Positions 28,972-38,100 are shown, counted from the stretch's first letter. The stretch: DNA of 52,185 bases from Chthoniobacterales bacterium (GCA_035567015.1 DATMPQ010000166.1:1-52185), one strand, 5' to 3'. A program made the numbers and translations. The notes: generated from the letters alone by a model not told the origin.

Positions 28972-30408
28972 ATGCGCTCTAATCTTCAGCTCGCTGCATC
29001 GACTAATGCGATGGAATCTCAGCGAAACATGCTTTTCATCAGTCATGCTACGCCCGAAGACAATGAATTCGCGCGCTGGCTCGCTTTGCAGCTAGGTAAG
29101 GAAGGATTTCCAGCCTGGTGCGATCAGACGAAGCTCTTGGGTGGTGAGCCTTTTTGGGAAGAGATTGAAGACGCCATTCGAAACCGAACTCGGCGTTTTC
29201 TTTTTGTTCAGTCGCGCAACTCTAATCAAAAAGACGGCTCGTTAGATGAACTCGCACTGGCGAAGACCATCGGAAAGCAGCTTGGGGATAGCCATTTTAT
29301 CACAGCGATCAGGATCGATGACTTGCCGTTTGCAGAGTTCAACATCCGTCTACACAAACTCAACTCTGTTGACTGCGCTCGGAATTGGCTGGCGGGCTTT
29401 AAGCAGTTGATCAAACGTCTGCAGGAAGACGGTATCGAAAAGGACAAAAGATTTACTCCGGATAGCATCGCGGTTTGGTGGCGCGAAAACTTCGGAGAAG
29501 AAGAAGGTGTTTCGGAAGAGACGGACTTTTACTGCTCGAATCGACTTCGACTACTCAGTCTTCCTCCGCAGATAAACATTATTAAACTCGAGCACGCGTT
29601 GCCCGAAGACACCGACGTCACGACTGCACCGTTTCCAATTTCGCCTCATGGTCGGCTTCTCGTGTCCTTCGCGACCTTTCGGGATTTATTACCGTTCTTT
29701 GAAACTACGCATGTTGGAAACGACGGTACCGAGACGATGGCCACAGCGCATCTTCTAGAGAACGGCCTTGTTCCTGCGATGGAGAGCCGAGCTGCGCGTA
29801 ATCACGTCACTTTTTTATTGCGACAAGCATTTCAGCGATTCGCGATATCACGTGGATTGCACGAATACGCACTAACTGGAAATAGGCGCTTCTTTTGGTT
29901 TCCGAACGATCTTGTTGAGAAGGATCGAATCAGTTTTAAAGCGCTAGACGGCAGCAATACTTGGAAGGCCGTAGTCGGTTTCAAATCGTTGAAGAGTAAA
30001 GAGGAGCAGATTCGGATTCGCAATTGGCACTTCGGAATCGAAGGCCTCCCGCATATCGGGTTCGATCGATATTTGAGCGTCTTACCTCACGTGGCGTTTT
30101 CGGAAAACGGTGAACTGTATGAGAGTGCAAGAAAGCAGCATGCCTATCGAAGGAGCCAATGTCGAAGCTGGTACAACGATGATTGGCGTGATCGATTACT
30201 CGCGACCCTCACCTTTCTAACAGGCGCGGGCGCTGAGTTGAGTATCCCGTTGGCTCCGGATTGCAGCGCAACGTTTGAAGCTCTGCCGGAAGTCATAGAA
30301 AGCCCGGTGACGTACGTACGAACAGCGGACGTTGACGAAAGTGAGGTGGCAGAAGAAGACGGGGAATTCGAGACCGAGGGTATCGAGGAGGATGAGGACG
30401 AGCTATGA
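28972..30408 (+). CDS. TIR-APAZ protein (NADase effector subunit of a SPARTA-type short-Argonaute system)
   Basis: TIR block MLFISHATPEDNEFARWLALQL...FLFVQS...SLDELALA. APAZ-like blocks WHFGIEG and SWYNDDWRDRLLATLTFL, and an acidic tail EVAEEDGEFETEGIEEDEDEL. Alternative starts at 29011 and 29029 would give the usual short N-terminus before FISHA. Confidence 0.9.
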   Translation: MRSNLQLAASTNAMESQRNMLFISHATPEDNEFARWLALQLGKEGFPAWCDQTKLLGGEPFWEEIEDAIRNRTRRFLFVQSRNSNQKDGSLDELALAKTIGKQLGDSHFITAIRIDDLPFAEFNIRLHKLNSVDCARNWLAGFKQLIKRLQEDGIEKDKRFTPDSIAVWWRENFGEEEGVSEETDFYCSNRLRLLSLPPQINIIKLEHALPEDTDVTTAPFPISPHGRLLVSFATFRDLLPFFETTHVGNDGTETMATAHLLENGLVPAMESRAARNHVTFLLRQAFQRFAISRGLHEYALTGNRRFFWFPNDLVEKDRISFKALDGSNTWKAVVGFKSLKSKEEQIRIRNWHFGIEGLPHIGFDRYLSVLPHVAFSENGELYESARKQHAYRRSQCRSWYNDDWRDRLLATLTFLTGAGAELSIPLAPDCSATFEALPEVIESPVTYVRTADVDESEVAEEDGEFETEGIEEDEDEL

Positions 30409-31928
30409 CGTCCATGGTTCGGATACGTGAGCCGCGATTGGAGTTCGCATTCGGTCAACAACTCGAAGATCCACGCGACGGTTTAACGATGTTTGGTCCG
30501 TATGATCATGGGCAAGGCGGCGCGTACGGGATTCGTGCAGGCGTGATCGGCACAAAACAGGGGATTGAACGCTTTGGAAAATGGGTGAACTCAATTCAAC
30601 GAGCCGTCGGGTTACGGGATGCAGCGAGATTTCGTCCGCCATTTCCTGGCTTTGAAGCAGCGTTTCAAATCGCTTGGAGTCCGAAACCTGCGCTCGCCAT
30701 TACGATCGATGGAAATCATCTCGATCGGTTAATTAGGGTCGATGACAAATACAAACGCATTTACGGCACGGTCGACTATTTCGCGTCGAAGCTAATCGAA
30801 GCTAAAACGGCCGAAGAGGAAAAACCCGATCTTTGGTTTGTCGTCATACCAGACGAAGTGCACAAACTTTGCCGACCTGAGTCGATCGTGCCACGGCTGG
30901 GCCGAGTGCAGGCGGAAGATCGAATGAAACCGTCGATGGCGCGCGCCTTCATTCGTCAGAGACCATTGTTCGCTGAGTGGGAGGAGCAAGCCGAACCGTA
31001 TTATTATGAGCCAGATTTCCGACAGCAACTAAAAGGTCGACTTTTGTGGGACGGAATTCTGACACAAATAGTCAAAGAGAGTACAATCGCGCCATTTGAC
31101 TTTCTTAATGCATTTGGATATCCCATTCGAAATCTCGGCAAACGGGGCGCCGAGGTTGCATGGAACATGGCGTCAGCGGCGTACTACAAGGCGGGTTCTC
31201 GGCCATGGAAGCTCGCAGGTGTGCGGCCAGGCGTCTGCTATCTCGGTTTGGTTTTCAAGAACGACGAAAAAAATGTCGATCAGTCCGCAGCCTGCTGCGC
31301 GGCACAGATGTTTTTGGATTCCGGCGATGGCGTAGTCTTCAAGGGTCGCGTTGGTCCTTGGTATACGGGAAAGCGGGGCCGCTATCATTTGTCGGCGGCA
31401 GCGGCGAAGGAACTTCTCGAGAAAGCAATCGCAGATTACAAATTAAAAAGGGGAGTTTTGCCGGAAGAGATTTTCATCCACGCGCGGACACGCTTCGATG
31501 ATGAAGAATGGAAAGGATTTCTTAAGGCTGCCGCGGACGGGACGAGAGTTGTCGGGGTTACAATCCGAAGGACACAAGATTACCGCCTGTTTCGTCGCGA
31601 CAGCAACCTGCCAATCCTTCGCGGACTGGCGCTGATCGACAGCGACCGTCACGCGTTCCTGGCCGCAAGTGGTTTTGTGCCGCGTCTGCAAACGTATTAT
31701 GGTTCAGAAGTCCCTGTCCCTTTATCAATTTCCGTGAATCGCGGCGATGCGGACATTCACGTCGTGCTTCAAGACATCCTCGGACTTACAAAGTTGAACT
31801 ACAATTCATATCGTCATTCCGATGGAATGCCGGTCACCCTTAAGTTCGCGGATGCTGTCGGCGAGATTCTTATAAGTGGCCCGCCGCGTGACGAAGATCC
31901 GCCATTGCCATTCCGGCATTACATTTAA
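30405..31928 (+). CDS. Short prokaryotic Argonaute (MID + PIWI only, predicted catalytically inactive)
   Basis: 507 aa. REPRLEFAFGQQLEDPRDGLTMFGP, MID-pocket region DLWFVVIPDEVHKLCRP / NMASAAYYKAGSRPWKL, PIWI blocks VCYLGLVFK, CCAAQMFLDSGDGVVFKG, IFIHARTRF, LTKLNYN, PVTLKFAD and C-terminal PFRHYI. ATGA start/stop overlap with the TIR-APAZ gene. Confidence 0.9.
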   Translation: MTSMVRIREPRLEFAFGQQLEDPRDGLTMFGPYDHGQGGAYGIRAGVIGTKQGIERFGKWVNSIQRAVGLRDAARFRPPFPGFEAAFQIAWSPKPALAITIDGNHLDRLIRVDDKYKRIYGTVDYFASKLIEAKTAEEEKPDLWFVVIPDEVHKLCRPESIVPRLGRVQAEDRMKPSMARAFIRQRPLFAEWEEQAEPYYYEPDFRQQLKGRLLWDGILTQIVKESTIAPFDFLNAFGYPIRNLGKRGAEVAWNMASAAYYKAGSRPWKLAGVRPGVCYLGLVFKNDEKNVDQSAACCAAQMFLDSGDGVVFKGRVGPWYTGKRGRYHLSAAAAKELLEKAIADYKLKRGVLPEEIFIHARTRFDDEEWKGFLKAAADGTRVVGVTIRRTQDYRLFRRDSNLPILRGLALIDSDRHAFLAASGFVPRLQTYYGSEVPVPLSISVNRGDADIHVVLQDILGLTKLNYNSYRHSDGMPVTLKFADAVGEILISGPPRDEDPPLPFRHYI

Positions 31929-31966
31929 GTAGAAGATCTAAAGCGTACCTGGTTGGTCAAAGCAGT

Positions 31967-33061
31967 TCACTTTCGCGTGCTCGGGTCCTCAGCGAGAATG
32001 CGCGTGCCATAGTCAACAGGGTCTACGCCAACGAAATCTTCCATTCCAAGTTGCTCAGGAGTGACATCACGTGAAGGAATTATTCCGTCCATCCAGGCCT
32101 TTTCAGCAAGGCGGCTAAGAAAATCTTTTGCGACACCTTCAACTCGCGTTTGATTTGCCATTGGCGCAAAGGCATAACCTGCCATTCCCGCAAAGAGGTC
32201 GGCCATTTGGACGCTGTGCGATGAATGGGATGTTGTGGTTACAATGTCGGCGACTTTCAACGGATAGGTGACGTTCCGCGTTGGGGAACCCGCGATGTGT
32301 TCGCGAAGACCTTCATCCGAAAATCGAAGGAGTAGATCGCGTTCTTGCGCTAGCGTCTTCGATTCGTCGGCTAGGATGATAAATCTCTCGTCCAAAGTTT
32401 TACCCCAAACATCGGACAGCGTGTGATAAGCCGGAATAAGTGGATCGAGTTCACTCGCTGATAGGTGCGGCAGCCACGTGTTCGGGCGCTCACAAGCCAT
32501 AATTATTGGGGCGAAAAATTCTCCGATCGTGTGCGGAAAACGATGTTGTAAGTGAGCGAGAGCGGACACCGCCTCGCGATGAAATTGCTGAAGCGTGTCT
32601 GTATCTCTTTGTCGAACAAGGCGGACAAATAGATTCGTAAAACGATCAGCGCGCGTCTTACCGAGATAAACAGGCAGCGTCAACGTAAGGAGATTTGCAA
32701 GCCCGCGCGCCGCGCCTTGCTCGTACAGATTGACGCCGAAAGAACGGGCGCTTGGCTCGTGAATCAAGTCAACGAGCTTGGTCATTGCCATGTATCTCTT
32801 GAAGATTACGAATATCTTCACATTCGCTGGCGTTACCCAATCCATCTCCAGCAACTTCGAGAGCAACTGCAACTGTTTCGGATTCCGTCGCATCTTGCTA
32901 AATTTCCACTCGGTCGTTTTGACAGAGCTTAGAAGTTGGGTCACTTCCGCGATCTCGTGCTCGCCGGCGCGAACGGAGGCGAGGCAGAACACTGGCTGAT
33001 CCGCAGTAATCAGGTCGCTGCCTGTATTGCCGGTCTCGTCGAAAGCGATTTGCTGCACCAA
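31967..33061 (-). CDS. DUF3800 domain-containing protein
   Basis: N-terminal IAFDETGNTG (DESG-type motif) and C-terminal SHSSHSVQMADLFAG (xQxAD motif) match the two conserved DUF3800 signatures as I recall them. Non-ATG start (TTG 33061 or GTG 33058). Confidence 0.65.
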   Translation of the reverse strand: MVQQIAFDETGNTGSDLITADQPVFCLASVRAGEHEIAEVTQLLSSVKTTEWKFSKMRRNPKQLQLLSKLLEMDWVTPANVKIFVIFKRYMAMTKLVDLIHEPSARSFGVNLYEQGAARGLANLLTLTLPVYLGKTRADRFTNLFVRLVRQRDTDTLQQFHREAVSALAHLQHRFPHTIGEFFAPIIMACERPNTWLPHLSASELDPLIPAYHTLSDVWGKTLDERFIILADESKTLAQERDLLLRFSDEGLREHIAGSPTRNVTYPLKVADIVTTTSHSSHSVQMADLFAGMAGYAFAPMANQTRVEGVAKDFLSRLAEKAWMDGIIPSRDVTPEQLGMEDFVGVDPVDYGTRILAEDPSTRK

Positions 33062-33361
33062 CTAAGATAGCACGCGGTCGTCGATCTTGCGCGCGGTTGC
33101 ACGCTGGTCGTTTTCGTTTTTCTTGAAGCATGCTACTCGCTTGGTTCCACGCAGTGTGAGGCGCGGCCTGTCTTCAGCGTGTGAACGACACCCTGCAGTT
33201 TCGCGATTTAACCTAAAAGAAACCAGAAGGCAGTCGCCGGGGTCACTTCTAGATCTGACCCCAACTGTTTGCCTTGCAAAATGGGAACGGAGCCCCTGGG
33301 CCCCATAATTCCACGATAGGCTGACCGTCAGCCGTGATGATTTCGGCGCTCTTTACCTTGC

Positions 33362-34825
33362 TTAACTGCCCAATAAGATCGACTGCGGAGCCAAAGAGTT
33401 TTCTGTTTCTCTCCGGCGGGCTAGAAGCGCGAGGAGGGGCCCGGTCATGATCGTTGTTACCAAGGCCATGATGACTAGCATCGTAAATATGCGTTGCGAT
33501 AGGATACCGAGGTCGTAGCCGATATTCAGCGCGATCAGTTCCATTAGGCCCCGTGTGTTCATTAACGCACCAAGCTGCATCGACTCGCGCCAGTCTAGTC
33601 CCGTCAGCTTTGCGGCGAAGGCACTGCCGCCCAGCTTGCCGAGGGTAGCGACGCCGATGATAACAAGGCAAACCATCCATTCGTGTGTGCCAGAGATAAG
33701 GCCAATCCGAGTCCGCAGCCCGGTAAAGGCGAAGAAGACCGGCAGCAGTAACACTGAACTGAGGTGCTCGACACGAATGCCCAGTTTCTCGCGGAAACCA
33801 CCGATCGACGGCATCACTGTCCCTGCCAAAAACGCTCCGAAGAGGGCGTGAATACCGATCAACTCGGTGCAGAAGGCGGAGATAAGGACCAGGCCAACTA
33901 CGGCCGTTAAGAGGCTAGCGCTCGGTTCTTCCCGCTCCAGCGCTTCCCGGCCCATCCAACTCGGCAGACTTGGCCGGATAACAAATAGCATCAGGCCGAC
34001 GAAAACTACGACCAACAGGAAAGTAAAAACGCCGCCGCCAACGCTTGTCGCGCGCGCGATTGCGACGACAAAGGCGAGAATGGTCCAGGCTGTAACATCA
34101 TCCACCGCCGCGCACGCCGTCGCGGTGCTACCGAGCGCCGTCTTAAAGATGTTACGGTCCTTCAGGATCCGCACCAGCACCGGGAAAGCAGTAATGCTCA
34201 TGCTAATTCCCATGAATAACGCAAACGCGATAAAGCTGGCGCCTGGTTGCGCCAGTTCATGATAAAGAAACCACGCCAGCGCGACCCCGAGCAGGTAAGG
34301 AATAACAATGCTCGAGTGACTCACCACGATCGCAGTCGGCACCTTTTGCTTCAGTTGGAGAACGTCCAGTTCCATCCCGACGGCAAACATAAAGAGGCAG
34401 ACACCGATCTGACTAAACAATCTGAGCGGCTCGAAAGAGGAGGTGGGAAAGACAAACTGAAACGCCGCGGGAGCGATCCACCCAAAGAGCGACGGGCCGA
34501 GCAGAATACCAACAACCATTTCTCCTACGACGGCCGGCTGCCCTAACCGTCGTGCTATTCTGCCGGCCAGTCCCGCTGCGGTGATGATAATGAAAACTTG
34601 GAGCAACAGCCGACTAAGCGGGCTCGTGCCGTTTTGCCAAAGGCTGGTCTTTGCGGCGGAAAGGAAATCAGCGCCGGCTGGAGCGGCATGCTCGACCTGT
34701 ACCGGCGCAACCGCTCCCGCAGCGGCCACGGGCGGCGCGAGGTGAGTGCCCGCCTGCAGGATGAAGAAAATGGCCAGGCCGGCGATGCTGACAACAACGA
34801 GATACAACTGTGCTTTACGTTTCAT
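33362..34825 (-). CDS. Cation:proton antiporter (CPA2 / Na_H_Exchanger family)
   Basis: About 12-13 TM helices (GQPAVVGEMVVGILLGPS, MELDVLQLK). The ATG overlaps the stop of the upstream LysR gene (ATGA). Confidence 0.8.
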   Translation of the reverse strand: MKRKAQLYLVVVSIAGLAIFFILQAGTHLAPPVAAAGAVAPVQVEHAAPAGADFLSAAKTSLWQNGTSPLSRLLLQVFIIITAAGLAGRIARRLGQPAVVGEMVVGILLGPSLFGWIAPAAFQFVFPTSSFEPLRLFSQIGVCLFMFAVGMELDVLQLKQKVPTAIVVSHSSIVIPYLLGVALAWFLYHELAQPGASFIAFALFMGISMSITAFPVLVRILKDRNIFKTALGSTATACAAVDDVTAWTILAFVVAIARATSVGGGVFTFLLVVVFVGLMLFVIRPSLPSWMGREALEREEPSASLLTAVVGLVLISAFCTELIGIHALFGAFLAGTVMPSIGGFREKLGIRVEHLSSVLLLPVFFAFTGLRTRIGLISGTHEWMVCLVIIGVATLGKLGGSAFAAKLTGLDWRESMQLGALMNTRGLMELIALNIGYDLGILSQRIFTMLVIMALVTTIMTGPLLALLARRRETENSLAPQSILLGS

Positions 34826-35751
34826 AGTCTGGTAGCGCTGTTTGGCTTGATTAGTTTTGGAACAACCGCGCGTGCAAGGCGGTCGAAAGCTTGTACGGTG
34901 CTGTTACCGGCCGAGCCCTTTAGACGCAGAAGCCCAATCTCGAGCTTCAGGTTTTTGCCGCGAAGACGAATCGCTTTCAGTTTGAGGCCGTGCATTCCTA
35001 GCAGCGCAATTTTCGGCATTAGCGCAGCAGCCTTCAAAGGTGCTAATGATCGAAGAAGCGTCTCAATTGCACTGACTTCTGCGATCGTTTTCGGGCGGAC
35101 CTGATGATTTCGACAGAGTTCATCTGTCATCCGGCGCGTCACGAAGCTATCCGGCAATTGAACGAGTCTCTGCTGATGGATTTCGGGTAAGTCAATAACC
35201 TGCCGGTTCCACCACGGGTGCGCTTTAGGAACGATCAGAGCAAATTCGTCACTGCAGAGACGTTCGTAACGTAGATTTGGCGAGTGGCGCGTGATGAAAC
35301 CGAAGCCAAGGTCCATTCGGCCTTCTTCCAATGCGGTCTCAATCTCGGTAGAAGAGACTTCTTTAACACTCACGCTGATACTCGGATGGCGAGCCGCGAA
35401 TTCGCCCAGCAACGTAGGCACCAGGGCTGTGTCGAGGACAGGCACGACTCCCAAGCACAACGTGCCATGTAGTTGCTCTGGCCCACTACCGACCTCTTGG
35501 AGGAAAATCTCATACTGCCGAAGAAGTGAACGGGCGTGCTCTTGAAAAACTCGGCCCGCGGCGGTGAGAAGAATGCGTTTTCCGCGACGCTGAAATAAGG
35601 TGACTCGAAGCCGGGCCTCTACGTCTCGCATTTGTTGGGAGATGCTCGGTTGCGAACTGCCAAGATGATCTGCCGCGCGGCTGAAGCTGCCGGCTTCGGC
35701 GATTGCCAGGAAGTAACGCAGGTGGCGAATCTCAACTGGATCGTGAATCAT
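34822..35751 (-). CDS. LysR-family transcriptional regulator
   Basis: N-terminal wHTH IRHLRYFLAIAEAGSFSRAADHLGSSQPSISQQMRDVE plus a LysR substrate-binding domain. Confidence 0.85.
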   Translation of the reverse strand: MIHDPVEIRHLRYFLAIAEAGSFSRAADHLGSSQPSISQQMRDVEARLRVTLFQRRGKRILLTAAGRVFQEHARSLLRQYEIFLQEVGSGPEQLHGTLCLGVVPVLDTALVPTLLGEFAARHPSISVSVKEVSSTEIETALEEGRMDLGFGFITRHSPNLRYERLCSDEFALIVPKAHPWWNRQVIDLPEIHQQRLVQLPDSFVTRRMTDELCRNHQVRPKTIAEVSAIETLLRSLAPLKAAALMPKIALLGMHGLKLKAIRLRGKNLKLEIGLLRLKGSAGNSTVQAFDRLARAVVPKLIKPNSATRL

Positions 35752-35783
35752 TGCACTTAACGCTCCTCAAACACTCGGAATAA

Positions 35784-35802
35784 ATCGATAGATATTTTCG
35801 AT
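35784..35802. promoter_or_regulatory. Possible LysR-type T-N11-A dyad in the LysR promoter region
   Basis: ATCGATAGATATTTTCGAT is an imperfect inverted repeat (ATCGATA / TTTCGAT) 33 nt upstream of the LysR start. TTTTCGATAG recurs at 35816-35825. Confidence 0.3.
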
Positions 35803-35993
35803 GGTTGCATTTATTTTTTCGATAGTAAAGATTTGTTTTTCTCTTCTGGGTTTGCCCTCACGTGCCAATTTGGAAAGCGGCGGATTAACCTGATCCGTTT
35901 TGCTGGTTCACAGGAACGCCGGGCCCTCACCGGGCAGCCGGAGGCAGCCGGGGTCACATCTAAAGGACGTAAAGCGGTGCCACGTCCTGACAC

Positions 35994-36036
35994 AGTGACC
36001 AGCCTTCGCCAAGGCTACGGCCTGGCAAGCGGGTGA
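35994..36036 (+). repeat. CCTTCGCCAAGGCTACGGC-TGGCAAG family element
   Basis: agtgaccagccttcgccaaggctacggcctggcaagcgggtga. It overlaps the last codons of the POT gene. Confidence 0.7.
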
Positions 36037-37406
36037 AGCGCCCGATCGAGCCGGCGACCGAATAACAGGACAAGCAGGCCGCCGCCGGCGGCGATGGCTG
36101 CGTGCATTGCCCAAAACTCGGCGGGCGTCATTTTCTCGTAAAAGCCGCCGATCCAGCCGATCAAGGTGTTCGAAACAAACAGACTCATAAAGACCAGCCC
36201 CATCAGGGTGGCGTTCACTTTGGCCGGCGCCGCTTGCGAAACCAGTGCGAGAAGCGTGGGCCAGTAGTAGAGGAAGGAAATTCCCAACCCAGCGCTATAG
36301 AGAAACGGCACGACCGGATGAACTAACGAGTTGCCCGCAACAAAGATTCCGGCCACCAGGATCAGGTTGCTCGCCGCAGCGATCCACGCGCCCGTGCGGA
36401 TCTTTGCCAGATCGTCCGCCTCTCGTCGCCGCAATGCCTGACGACGCCAGATCCAGAGTACCAGCGGGACTCCGACGATGCTGAAGATCGAATTGATTGA
36501 TTGAAACCAGGGGACCGGGATCCGGAAAGTACCAAGGTTTAGCGCGACATGCTGTTGAATCCAGATCGAATTCACGTTGAAGACCTGATAGAAGGCCGTT
36601 GACTGAAAAATCGTGATGATGATTACGGCAATGAGCGCATAGACGATGCGCCGCTCGGCGGCGGTGAGTCGAGTGCCCTCGAACTTGCGCCGTTCCACGC
36701 GCGCCGGCAGGTAGCGGTATCCATATAGATAAGTGGCAAGACCGAGGAGCATGAAGATCGCGGCGATGCCGAAGCCGTAGTGCCACCCGTAAACCTGAGC
36801 GAGCAGACCACAGAGCAAAGGTCCAATGACTGCTCCGATGTTGATTGCAGTCGAGAAGATCACAAAACCGCGAGTCCGCCACGCTTCGTCCTCCGGCGGA
36901 TAAAGGGCCCCCACTTGCGCCGAAATATTTCCCTTCAGAAAACCCGAGCCGACGACGAGCAAAAGAAGAGCGAGGAGGAACGACTGGTCAAAAGCCATGG
37001 CGACATGACCGGCACTCATCGAGAGGGCGCCGATCACGACGGCGTTGCGCTGTCCGATCCAACGATCGGCGATCATGCCGCCGAGGAGCGGCGTGAAGTA
37101 AACGAAACCGGAGTAGAGCCCAAAAATTTGCGACGCCAGCGCCTGCGTTGAGAGCGGGCCGACGATCGATTCTACCGCCGCGCGGAATCCAGGAAATCCG
37201 GCGATGTGTTCGACATGTCCCGGCAGCAGCAACTGATTGACCATGAAAAGGACGACCAGCGCCGTCATTCCATAATAGGAAAAGCGTTCCCATGCTTCGG
37301 TGAAAGCGAGATACAAAAGACCCTTGGGATGACCCAGGAATGTCGCGCCGCGAGCGCGCGTCGAAGTTGCTGCGCCCGCGGTCATCGTGTCGTGTTGGCC
37401 TTTCAT
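36015..37406 (-). CDS. POT/PTR2 family di-/tripeptide:proton symporter
   Basis: Canonical FTEAWERFSYYGM (ExxERFxYYG) and GGMIADRWIGQRNAVVIGALSMSAGH motifs. Confidence 0.85.
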   Translation of the reverse strand: MKGQHDTMTAGAATSTRARGATFLGHPKGLLYLAFTEAWERFSYYGMTALVVLFMVNQLLLPGHVEHIAGFPGFRAAVESIVGPLSTQALASQIFGLYSGFVYFTPLLGGMIADRWIGQRNAVVIGALSMSAGHVAMAFDQSFLLALLLLVVGSGFLKGNISAQVGALYPPEDEAWRTRGFVIFSTAINIGAVIGPLLCGLLAQVYGWHYGFGIAAIFMLLGLATYLYGYRYLPARVERRKFEGTRLTAAERRIVYALIAVIIITIFQSTAFYQVFNVNSIWIQQHVALNLGTFRIPVPWFQSINSIFSIVGVPLVLWIWRRQALRRREADDLAKIRTGAWIAAASNLILVAGIFVAGNSLVHPVVPFLYSAGLGISFLYYWPTLLALVSQAAPAKVNATLMGLVFMSLFVSNTLIGWIGGFYEKMTPAEFWAMHAAIAAGGGLLVLLFGRRLDRALHPLARP

Positions 37407-37426
37407 TTGCGCGGAGACAGATTTTC

Positions 37427-37457
37427 AACCACCAATGGACACGAATAAACACGAATC
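37427..37457 (+). repeat. Short intergenic word element AACCACCAATGGACACGAATAAACACGAATC
   Basis: Internal ACACGAAT duplication. It lies in the POT upstream region, next to a GGGGTCGTATC motif at 37491-37506. Confidence 0.5.
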
Positions 37458-37585
37458 TGTGGTCTCTTCCTTAGTGCCCATTGGGGAAGAGAAATGGGGT
37501 CGTATCATTCAGCGACGGAGCCGCTGATAGCTAGGAGCTGGGAGAAAGCGGCGAAAACTGAAAAGCTGAAACGCGGAAATCAGAG

Positions 37586-38053
37586 TCAGCGGGTGACGAA
37601 GAGGTAGGCGAGTCCGATCGTGACCAAGTCTTCCAGTAAGGCGATGAAAGTATCTTTGATGTTCAGCGCGGCGACCAATTTTCTCCGGACTTCGTAACCG
37701 GCAAATGCTCCAATTAGTCCGCCGACCGCGCCAAGAATCGCCCCAAGGATTAGCGATTGATTGCTTGCCGCGCAAACACAGGCGCCGCAAAGACCGCCCG
37801 TGAGAATCCGAGCCCCGAGTGGCATCGGCGCTGTTCGTTTCGTTGTTGAAGGTCGCAGATCGCCGATTAACTCGACGGCCGCCAGGAGCGAAAAGATCAC
37901 AACGGTGATGATCGATCCCATAAAGGCGAGCGGGGAATTGTTGAGATTCAGCCAACTAAGATTAGCGGCCCATGCCACTGCAGCCGGCGTTACTAATGCG
38001 CGCAAGCCTGCCGCGAAACCGATACCCAACGCAAACGCGAAGATGTAGTTCAT
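37586..38053 (-). CDS. DUF4126-like integral membrane protein
   Basis: Four hydrophobic helices, and the N-terminal FALGIGFAAGLRALVTPAAVAW pattern is recalled as DUF4126-like. ATG 38053 preferred over the GTG at 38083. Confidence 0.5.
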   Translation of the reverse strand: MNYIFAFALGIGFAAGLRALVTPAAVAWAANLSWLNLNNSPLAFMGSIITVVIFSLLAAVELIGDLRPSTTKRTAPMPLGARILTGGLCGACVCAASNQSLILGAILGAVGGLIGAFAGYEVRRKLVAALNIKDTFIALLEDLVTIGLAYLFVTR

Positions 38054-38100
38054 TGAGAATCGATCTTGTAACAGATCGAACACAGACGACGAAACCGAAA

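Noticed and set aside
28949-28973. Palindrome CCGACGTCGG (28949-28958) and a GATAAT hexamer (28968-28973) just before the TIR-APAZ ORF, considered as a possible operator and -10 box.
   Set aside because: There is no convincing -35 element at the right spacing, and a 10-nt GC-rich palindrome is not rare at this composition. It is noted only as weak support for a downstream start codon (29011 or 29029).
33249-33361. The minus-strand frame reads ...DLIGQLSKVKSAEIITADGQPIVELWGP, which faintly resembles the xxVIITRxGKPVAxLV core of Phd/YefM antitoxins. It lies at the right border of the defence patch.
   Set aside because: There is no start codon downstream of the antiporter stop, the frame is only open because it overlaps the antiporter 3' end, and the resemblance covers about 15 residues. 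This is too weak to call even a remnant without a profile search.
35811-36114. Small ORFs (60-68 aa) in the LysR / POT intergenic region.
   Set aside because: They overlap one another and the repeat element at 35994-36036, and their translations are Arg/Pro-rich with no start context.
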